A stretch of 64,000 nt of DNA from Eledone cirrhosa (Eukaryota). Under the pieces are notes generated by a model. The model did no database searches. It worked only from the letters and a program-made list of their open reading frames with translations, and was not told the origin of the DNA. Shown in pieces: positions 53,939-64,000 of this stretch (the first letter of the stretch is position 1; each line of letters begins with the position of its first letter). The stretch is from NCBI GenBank assembly GCA_964016885.1, contig OZ024740.1, forward strand, positions 259,284,001-259,348,000, in the 5' to 3' direction. The position numbers and the translations under genes were made by a program.

Positions 53939-55745
53939 ATGGTTTCTTTATTGGCCACAAGGGCTAACATGAAGAAAAACATTACAGACGGCACAGAGCG
54001 GTACAGGACGATACAAAGTGGGTTTTGGCTGTGTAAAAACAAATCAAAACAATTCAAACAAAAATTCCCCAAAAGGGGGGAAACCTCCGAGGGTCACTCA
54101 TGGTGAAAACCACATAAAAGACCACGGCCACCCTGACCAGTACAGCAAGCGCCCTCTCTCAGTTCTCCCATTCCTCAGTCTACAGGCGCATACTCAGAGT
54201 GAGCTCGTTCACTCGAACCAGACTCCCCACTTTCATCCACCGTTCAACAAACTTACTAGAGGGCAGCACTTGCCTCTCCACCCTGATTTTCCTCTTCAGG
54301 TGAAACTTGAAAAAGTTAATCAGGGATCCGCCGGAGAGGAAAGTGTCCGTCTTCAATCCTTTCAACCTTGTCCACCACACAATCTCTTTCGCCAAGACCA
54401 CCAGTCAGATGAAAACTGCCTGCCCTTCCTCCTCCTTAAAGGAGGGCGGCGGGGCTGTCTGCACAATGGACTCAGTCGATAACTGGATCCGCCCTACACA
54501 TGACAGCAACTGTTTGACATAGCTCCACAAGTCAGCAATGCTCCGAGATGAGTGCACGACGGTTTCGTCGTCCCGTGCATATCTCGGACAGGTTCGGTTG
54601 ACGGCACTTCAGTGCCTGTAGAGATTATCTCGAACCAGCAACGCTCCCCGGTAGCACTGCCAGGCCAAGGATTTCTGGAAGTTGTCCATAGGCCCCGGGC
54701 TGAAAGTTCTCTTGAAGAGAGCGAACCGCTGATCGTCTTCAACTCCCAGGGTCTCCTCGAGAACGTCGTCGCTCTTCACCTCCACTAGTCCTCTATAGAA
54801 CGCCGAGGTGGATGTTCCACCGATACTAGTGCCCAGCTGGTAGAAGGCGATGAGTGCTTGGAAACATTCTAGCTTCCAAGCGCTATCTCTCGGTCTTTTC
54901 GTGATCCAGGACTGCAGCCCATTAATGAGTCAAGCTGGGGAAAACACGTTCACCGTCAAGGAAGCACCAGAGATGTTGCACCCCCAGCGCGTGTTTGCAC
55001 ATCGTCAGCCACGGCATGCCCAGTCCTCCACGCAATGGGTGCTGACAGTAGATGGATCGTCTGACCATAGGAGCACGTCCCTTCCATAAAAAGCGGAAGA
55101 GTAGGCACTCCATTTTTGTCAGAGTTGGGCCGGGGCAAAGCACAACGGTTAGGCGGTAGCAGATGACGGATGCGAAGAACGCATTTGCCACCTTCGCCCG
55201 ACCTTTCAGGGACAGCTTCCTCTCGACCCATTTCTGGGTGAGAGAGGCCACCCTGCTCGACACCTCGCTCCAGTTTTTCTCCATCTAGAGGTCCGGCCCG
55301 AACCAGACCCCGAGCAATTTAACCGCTCCTTCCGTCCAGTGCACTACGACGCTGTCGGAGGGCATGGACTTGCCTCTCCAGGTGCCGAGCTGCTAGCCCA
55401 CCGACTTTTCCTGGCTTAACTTTGCTTCTGTCACTGTTTCATATTCCTTCAGAGCGGTGCCGAGCATCTGGACATGTCCGGCGCCTGACTCCACCACAGT
55501 GACGTCGTCGACGTAAGACAATACGGATCTCCCACATCCCAGTTCGCGTGGGACGCCTCTCATCGCCTCCAGTTTGTGTAGCAACGGCTCGAGGGCCAAT
55601 ACGTACAAGAGGAATGAGAGGCGACAACACTGGTGGATCGAGCGGATGATGCTGAACGGCTATGACAGGTGACGGTTCACCCTCACACCCGAGCAGATGT
55701 CGCTGTGCATCGCAGCGATCCAACCCCTGAAAACAAGCCCGAAAC
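53938..55745 (-). pseudogene. 5'-truncated L1/Tx1-type LINE (RT C-terminal half + 3' UTR)
   Basis: Colinear with 42135-43975 (SYVDDVTV, LSLKGRAKVAN, GGLGMP); the 3' end AATAAAGAAACCATTA runs into (TA)n. Confidence 0.9.
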
Positions 55746-55821
55746 AAATATATATACATATATACATATATATATATATACATATATACATTTATACATA
55801 TATATATATATACATATATAC

Positions 55822-55909
<88 letters not shown>

Positions 55910-56053
55910 ATATATATTTGTTTATATATATGTATACATTCATATATATAGCTGTCGAAATGGCCGGAACACAGCCGACGGGGTCCTGGCTCTTTTCCTA
56001 TTACCCACTCTACTACCGTAAGTATTGTACGCTGCTGCGTTATCGTCCACCTC

Positions 56054-56098
<45 letters not shown>

Positions 56099-56549
56099 CA
56101 TATACATATATCGCCTTCTTCTTCGCCCACTTATTCCTGAGAAGTTCGTGGAGGCAGAGTCCTCAAACACTCCATCCACCGGGACCTGTCAGAAGCAACC
56201 GTCTCCAACTGATCCGGCTGGATCCCCAAGCGTGACCAGCCAAGCTCCTGGATGTTATCTAACCATCTCGCTCGAGGTCAACCCCTGGGTCTCTTGCCGG
56301 TTGGTTTTGCCAGTAAAATCTGTCCAGCGATTCTTTCCTGAGACATTCTAACCATATGCCTATAGTATCGGAGCTGTGGTCTCAATTCGGAGAAGTAGTG
56401 GGTCTAGCTGGAGGGACTCTCTGATCTTCGAGTTACGCACTTTATCGCTTGTATTCGAGATCGTATTCTTTGGGTCATTCCCAAGATTCATAACTATAGG
56501 TAAGGGTTGACACGAAACCGAATTGAAGATAGTGAGTTTGACTTTATAT

Positions 56550-56666
<117 letters not shown>

Positions 56667-57675
56667 CACTTTAGAGGACTAGAACTGTTTCATTCACAAG
56701 AAATCCCCAAGAAAGAATCTTATATTAACACGAATATTCCTGTACTCTACTAACGTATTTAGTACCGTTTAACAGTATCTGCCTCCCGATTCATAGTGGG
56801 ATAGTGCATAATATATAAAATAAAGAGAACAGAGTTTTTTTAATTAAATCCATCTTTAATATCTACAATCATTTTTATACAGGTAATATGCTTGCATGTA
56901 TATGCAAACACCGAATCAATCAGCTTTAATTAATTAACGATTATTCACACAATATAAAAAACACCTGCATATCATCAGGATCATTAAGAGAGATTGGGTT
57001 CAATAAAAACACATATCAAGAACATTAACATTAGCAAATGCTGAATATAGGCGAGCAATGAAGTAAGCAAACGAAGCGGGTGGTGTATAAGGTGGTAATT
57101 GCAGTGAAGAATTATTTTTTTAGACTTATGGGGGCATAAGGCAGTATAGATTATTTCGTGTAAGCGTTAGAAAAACAATCGTACATTGGTGATATGTCAT
57201 AACATACGGAGAAAGAAGAATAAACAGTCCAAAAACCACAGACAGTAATTAAGTATATTTTGCATTAATAGATGTGCAATAGGCAATACATTATTATTAT
57301 CAATCAAGTTATTCACTCTAATGTAACAGCAAATCGGGAGCAGAAAGTATAAAGTAACTTATCACACAGCGTGTAGATTTACATTGTTAGCGGCAAGTTC
57401 AAAACTAAAAATGTTTTAGTATTTAGTTTTGAACTGATTGCCTCGTTAAAATATACTGTTTTTGAGTAGTTCAGTTAAAATAAACTACATTGAGGGACGG
57501 CATAGTTAAATCACCTGTATTTTGGTACTTTTGAAGGTACATGGCTTATTGATTCGGCTGTTGGGCTCACGATTGGGTCATGTGTTTGATTCCTGGACCG
57601 AGAGGCATGGCACTACATTTCACATTACTCTGGGCCGCACTGATGGAGACAAAATAGTTTCGATAGCATATATAA

Positions 57676-58688
57676 TCTCTATATATATAAAACGGAATAT
57701 GTCTGTCTGTGTGTATGATTTTTATGCATTTCCACATTTCTCTACCGATTTTTATGATTTTTTTTCAATGTGCTCCAAATTTACCAACGATGGTCAACGC
57801 ATAATAAACTTTGCCAAAAATGTCCTGCTTCTATGAAAAAAATCGATAAAACTAAATAGATGCTGTAACCCTCTCTCTTACACGTCACTCTCTCTACTAC
57901 CCAACAGCGACAAAACTTCGTTCAGGAACGTGACATAAACTTTGAAAACAAAGCAACACATCATTTTATACAACGACAAAAATAGTCATAACGCTCTCTC
58001 CGTCGCTCTTCCCTCTCTATATAATAGATCATTCCCCCTCTCTATAATTTAACTGCTTTACTCTCTTCTTGCTTTGAGGTTTAACACACCTCACTATAGT
58101 TTCTTAGCTTTACTCTCTACGTCGCTCTTCCCTCTCTCTATAATAGATTATTCCCCCTCTCTATAATTTAACTGCTTTACTCTCTCTGTCGCTCTTCACT
58201 CTCTATATGACAACACTATTTTACACACCTCCCTATAGTTTCTTAACTTTACTCTCTTCATCGCTCTTCCCTCTCTCTATAATAGATTATTCCCTCTCTT
58301 TATAATTTAACTGCTAGGGGAGTCATTGGAGTTCCGTATTGACATACGGCTTTTCTGGGGTATTTTAAATCGGCTTATTGCAAATAACAACCCGCAAAAT
58401 AACACTTCATATAACAGGTTAATGCTATAGACATACGAATCGGAATGTTTAAATTATTTATTTTTTACGACTTTCGTTGGTTAAATATTAATGTGACAAC
58501 ACCCATAGTGTTGTACTTCTGGCAATTTTGCCGAATACACTGCCAAGGATGAACCTTTTCCCCTCGGCGTCAGATATCCCGTTCGATTTCCAGCGATCCC
58601 AATTCCCAGTGAGACCATGTTTTGCCATGTCCATTAACAAGTCACAAGGGAAAACATTGTCGGTGGCGGGCATCCATTCGGAGGAGCC
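57676..58688 (+). mobile_element. Helitron derivative with internal tandem repeats and a helicase remnant
   Basis: 5' A|TCTCTATATATATAAAA..TGTCTGTCTG; ~120-140-bp tandem units at 58000-58315; PIF1 motif at the 3' side. Confidence 0.7.
58540..58688 (+). pseudogene. PIF1-type (Helitron RepHel) helicase C-terminal fragment, absent from the ORF track
   Basis: Manual translation LPRMNLFPSASDIPFDFQRSQFPVRPCFAMSINKSQGKTLSVAGI matches the R.QFP...FAMTINKSQG.TL motif. Confidence 0.88.
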
Positions 58689-58689
58689 A

Positions 58690-61070
58690 GGCACCAGCTG
58701 GACTTGATCATCACCAGGCGGAGGGATCTTGCCAGCGTCCTCCTCACCCGTACCTACCACAGCGTGGACTGCGACACGGATCACTCCCTTGTCACCAGTA
58801 AGGAAAATTCCCCACTCTAAGAAGAAAGGACGCCCACGCATCAACACCTGCTGCGCCAACAATCCAGAGAAGACTAAGCAGTTCCTGAGCAACTTCGGCG
58901 AAAACCTTGCCGAAAAGATGCCAACCGCCGACACTATCGACACTATTGTCTCTGGGTGGTCTCACCTCTGGGACTCTGTCTACAATGCCGCTATCTCTGC
59001 CTATGAAAAGAAGGAACGCAAGAACGCCGACTGGTATGAGGCCCACTGGGAGGAGATGGAACCTGTGACCGTGGCGAAGAGAAAAGCCCTCCTGGCTTAC
59101 AAGGCAGCGCCAAACCACAACACACTAGCTGCACTTAGGGCCGCCAGGAAAGCATCCTAACAGACCGCCCGCAGATGAGCCAACACCTACCGGCTGGATC
59201 TCTGCAGCAGCATCCAGCCAGCCGCCGAGTCAGGCAACGCAAGATGGATGTATGAGGGAATCAAGAAAGCGACCTAGCCCACCCCCACCAGGTCGGCGCC
59301 ACTCAAGTCCAAGTCAGGCGACGTGATCACCGATCAAGGGACTCCGCCCTTGTTGCTATCCCCGACCTGCCGGTGGTGGAAGAGCTCGACACGCCACCCA
59401 CATGGGAGGACCTCGGGAAAGCCATTGACTTCCTCGCCAGTGAGAGGGCCTCGGGGAGCGACGGCATACCTGCGTAAGTTCTGAAGCGCGGGAAACCTGC
59501 GCTGCTCCAACCCCTGCACGCACTCCTCTGTCGATGCTGGGAGAGGGGACACATACCCCACGACATGCGTGATGTTATCATCGTCACCTTGTACAAGAAC
59601 AAGGGAGACAGAAGTGACTGCAATAGTTATTGAGGGATCTCCCTACTTAGCATAGTGGGAAAGGTATTTGCCCGAGTTGTCCTGGTTCGTCTGCAGACCC
59701 TCGCCTCCCGCGTGTACCCTGAGTCTCAGTGCGGCTTCCGTGCTGGACGATCAACGGTGGATATTGTGTTCTCACTGCGCCAACTTCAAGAGAAATGTCA
59801 GGAGCATCAGATGCCTCTCTACCTCGCCTTCGTCCACTTGACGAAGGCGTTTGACCTGGTCAGCAGGAGCGGACTCTTCAATCTTCTCGAGAAGATTGGC
59901 TGACCCCCCCACACCTGCTTGCTGTTGTCATCTCGTTCCACGAGAACATGCACAGAACAGTCTGCTTCAACGGCGCTATGTCCGAGGCCTTCCCTGTTAG
60001 CAGTGGCATGAAGCAGGGCTGTGTCCTTGCGCCGACACTTTTCAGCATCTTCTTTTCGATGCTCCTCCAGTACGCCTTTAAGGACTGCAGCGAGGGCGTG
60101 TACATCCACACCAGAGCTGACGGCGGGCTCTTCAATATTGCCCGTCTCCGTGCCAAGACCAAGGTGACCGAGGTTCTTATTCGTGAGAGGCGCTTTACTG
60201 ATGATGCAGCCCTGACGTCGCACTCGGAGGAGGGCCTACGGCTGCTTGTCAGTCGCCTCTCCCACGCCTGCAAGGAGTTCGGACCATCAGTCTAAAGAAG
60301 ACAAATGTTATGGCGCAGGGCACAGATCACCCTCCAACCATCACCATTGACGGACACGCGCTTGAAGCTGTCGACAAGTTTACCTACCTCGGGTCCACCA
60401 TCCCAGGCTCACTCACCTAGATGTGGAGGTGAACATCAGGATCGCAGCAGGTATGGTCAAGCTGAGGCAGAGAGTCTGGAATAACCCCTGCGAAGACCAA
60501 GCTGCGCGTCTACCAGGCCTGTGTGCTCAGCACTCTGCTCTACAGCAGTGAGGCTTGGACTACCTACGCGAAGCATAAGAAACTCGACAGCTTCCACCTG
60601 AGATGTCTGCCACGCATTCTGCACATAGGCTGGCAGGACAAGGTTCCCAACACAGAGGTCCTGAAGCGGGCCCGGATAACAGCATGTTCGCCATCCTTAG
60701 AGAAAGACGCCTCCGCTGGCTCATCCATGTCAGAGGAATGGATCTTGGCCACATCCCCAAGGACCTCCTGTACGGCAAACTGGCAGAGGGTGCGCGACTG
60801 GCCGGCCGCCCGCGGCTCCGCTTCAGGGACGTTTGCAAGAAGGGCCTAAAGTTGTGTGGCATCAACGTTGCCTCGTGTGAGACCCTCGCTGAGGACCGCC
60901 CATCCTGGCGCTCCGCTGTGAGGAGAGGTGTGTGGGCAGCCGAAGATGAGAGAAATGCGGCTCTTGCTGACAGGAGGTCCAGGAGGATCGACAAGGAATC
61001 CAAGCCTCAGCAACCAACAGCATATATTTGCACTAAGTACACCAGGGACTGCCACTCACGGGTTGGTGCA
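58690..61070 (+). pseudogene. RTE-clade (BovB-like) LINE, 5'-truncated and degenerate
   Basis: HQLDLIITRR, YKNKGDRSDC, PESQCGFRAGRST, LTKAFD, KQGCVLAP, FTDDAAL, RRLRWL.HV, GRPRLRF.D. Many stops and frameshifts. Confidence 0.92.
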
Positions 61071-61215
61071 ACCGCTGAGACCCATGCGGTTCTGCTAAGG
61101 TGAAACAATTGTTCTCGGTATGGTGAATTAACTGTTGTGTAACAACTTCTACCTAACTCGTCCCATGGACTAAGTGCTCTACCACTACGGATATTACCTT
61201 CCAGTGTTCTACCAC

Positions 61216-61274
<59 letters not shown>

Positions 61275-61761
61275 TGAATCATGTGCAGCAGATAGAGTAG
61301 CCTAGAGAGATGTCATTTGGAATGGAGAGGGTAAAACATGCAGAACTGAAAAGAAAAGTGATGAATCTTATCCAACGTCGTCTTTCAAATTCCCTGTGTG
61401 CCCTAAGGTGTGCCTTTCGAATGCTGGCTTGAAGTCGCACCAACGAGCACGTAATGGTAAAGTCCAAGTTGACTATTCAAATTCGTTGCAAAGAATCCGT
61501 ACTAGTGCCATGATTGTCAGAAAATTTGCAAATCAAGTGGTGGATTGAAGCGACATCTGAACACATACAATAAGCAAACCCTAAGGAGAAACAAGAACGA
61601 AATGAGACACCATTGTATTATTTGTTGACGGGTCTTTCACAGGCTTTCAGGACTCAAAGGCCATTTGAAATATCATGCTAGGAAGGAGCAGACAGAAAAT
61701 ACAAGAAGTGGTCAAGCTTAGTATAGAGCAGACGACATTTATATATATATATATATATATA

Positions 61762-62092
61762 TATAGTGTCATTTGCAATACACAGTATGCTTAATTAAAA
61801 GCATTTCGAAGACCTTACGCTATTCAGACCGGCAACCGCTCTGTATAATCAGTTCCTGATTATTACTAAAATTCTATAAGAATCAAACATTCATGATTTT
61901 CAGCAAACAGGAGGAGTAGTTAGCTTTGATAAGCACCAAAAAGTGCGAAACAGTGCTCTGTCAGCTTTACCTCCCCTGTTTGCTGAAAATTAAAGTAAGT
62001 GAGACTGTCACTACTTTAAAACAATAGCGTAAGGTCTTCGAAATGAAATGCTTTTAATTAAGCATACAGTGTATTCCAAAATACACTATATA
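61762..62092. mobile_element. Foldback/MITE-like element in (TA)n
   Basis: TATGCTTAATTAAAAGCATTTCGAAGACCTTACGCTATT (~61787-61824) is inverted at ~62022-62066. An inner inverted pair reads TTTTCAGCAAACAGG / CCTGTTTGCTGAAAA. Confidence 0.75.
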
Positions 62093-62130
62093 TACATTCA
62101 TATATATATATCGCTATTTCAGAGCACCAA

Positions 62131-62185
<55 letters not shown>

Positions 62186-62646
62186 TGTAAATGAGTGGCG
62201 TTGTTATTATGTCAAGCTGTATTGGGCTTTTCAATTTCCTTGGACAATATTGTAGGTGTGGAGAGAAGAGACTGGAAACTGGTATGAGCGACTAGTGATC
62301 TTCCACAAAACACCCTGCCTAGGTTTATACCCCAGAGGGACAGCAAACCCATGGTCAGTGAGTTACGGGTACATACCCAAGGCCAGTCGTATCCAAAGAG
62401 GACCCTTTCTTCTCCCTTTACATTTTGGGCATTCTAGTTAAAAAATATATTGATGAGTGCGGGAAGGCGTACTCAAAATAAATCAATATTTATCAATTCA
62501 CTTTTGCAAACAGTACAGATGTGAAACAAGATATATTGATAGAAATCGATAATAACAAAATCTGTATAAATCTATTCCGAGCAAGAATGATAATGCATAT
62601 TTCTTTTCTGATTTATATGAACATTCATACATGCATGCACGTACGA

Positions 62647-62735
<89 letters not shown>

Positions 62736-63020
62736 TACATACATACATACATATATATATGTATGTATGAATGTATGTATATATATGTATATATGTATAT
62801 ATATATATATGTATACATAAATATGTATATACACACATATATATATTCATATATATATATATACATGTACATACATATATACTTATATATATACATAAAT
62901 ATACATATATACTTATATATATATATATACATATATTACTATATACTTATATATATATATATACATACATATGTATATACATATATATATACAATATATA
63001 CATATACATAAATATATACA

Positions 63021-63054
<34 letters not shown>

Positions 63055-63439
63055 CATATATATATATATATCTATATATACATACATAACACACGTATAT
63101 ACACTTATGTATATATATGTGTGTGTGTGCGTGTATGTATGTGTGAAGTAGAGAGAAAGGAGAAAAAAGAAAAGGGGAGAAATGGAGATACATACATGCA
63201 TACATACATACACACATACATACATACATACATACATACATACATACATACATACATACATACATACATACATACATACATACATACATGCACATACATA
63301 CATAGATACACATACATACATACATACACACACATACTCACACAGATACATATATGCTTCTGTTTGAAGTGGGGGCCCTGTTCGGAGAGGGAATTCCAGG
63401 ACATTTATCTCCACCGCCCCCAATAAATCCGGCCCTGCA

Positions 63440-64000
63440 CACCAATACCAACCCCATAAACATCACAACCCTACCACTTCCAACATCACTAACGCCAGCC
63501 TCACCGCCACCACTACAATCACACTACCACTGTAGAACCACTAACACCGGCTACATGACCACCCCATCACCACAACACTACCACTTCCAACACCAACATT
63601 ACCACCAACACTACTACAAACACCACCACTATACAGCCACACAACCACCGACAACAAAACCACCACCATCAACAGCACCATCACCATCACTATCACCACC
63701 TCCATCATAATCAAAAACACTATATACTCACACTACCACTAACAACAACACTACCACCACCACCGCCATCACTATCACCATCACAACCAACAACAACACT
63801 ACATACACACACCACCAACACCGCCACTACCGTCACACTACCATCACACTACCACCACCATCACACCACTACCACCACCATCACAACCACCTCTACCATT
63901 GTCATAACCAGCACTATCACCACAACGACCACCATCACTACCACCACAACCCCCGACACCACCACCACCACCACCACTGCCACTACCACTACTATCACCA
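63440..64000. repeat. Degenerate (ACC/ACT/ATC)n trinucleotide low-complexity tract
   Basis: Directly visible; runs off the end of the window. Confidence 0.85.

Noticed and set aside
63354-63710. Thr/His/Pro-rich mucin-like ORF
   Set aside because: It is explained by a degenerate (ACC)n tract; no signal peptide or domain is seen.

Overview
AT-rich eukaryotic intergenic or intronic DNA, saturated with microsatellites ((TA)n, (TG)n, (GA)n, (CATA)n). The repeat content resembles an octopus or other coleoid cephalopod genome, which is an inference. I found no host gene. Most ORFs in the track are microsatellite artefacts. The recognisable content is a set of transposable elements: (1) an apparently intact Penelope-like element (PLE) resembling the Hydra clade, with a 735-aa RT + GIY-YIG ORF at 15837-18044 (-), ~1.6-kb direct pseudo-LTRs, a 2-kb inverted copy, (TA)n at both ends and a minimal hammerhead ribozyme in each pLTR; (2) further PLE fragments and several small hammerhead-bearing elements embedded in (TA)n; (3) a near full-length L1/Tx1-type LINE at 42135-48146 (-) plus two truncated relatives; (4) CRE-, HERO- and RTE-type LINE fragments; (5) non-autonomous Helitron-like elements, one carrying a PIF1 helicase remnant; (6) two families of tRNA-like SINEs; (7) several foldback palindromes and a 200-N gap. 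The most notable observation is a family of type-I hammerheads with divergent sequences. They share a palindromic stem III and a C.C mismatch at the fourth position of an extended, covarying stem II.
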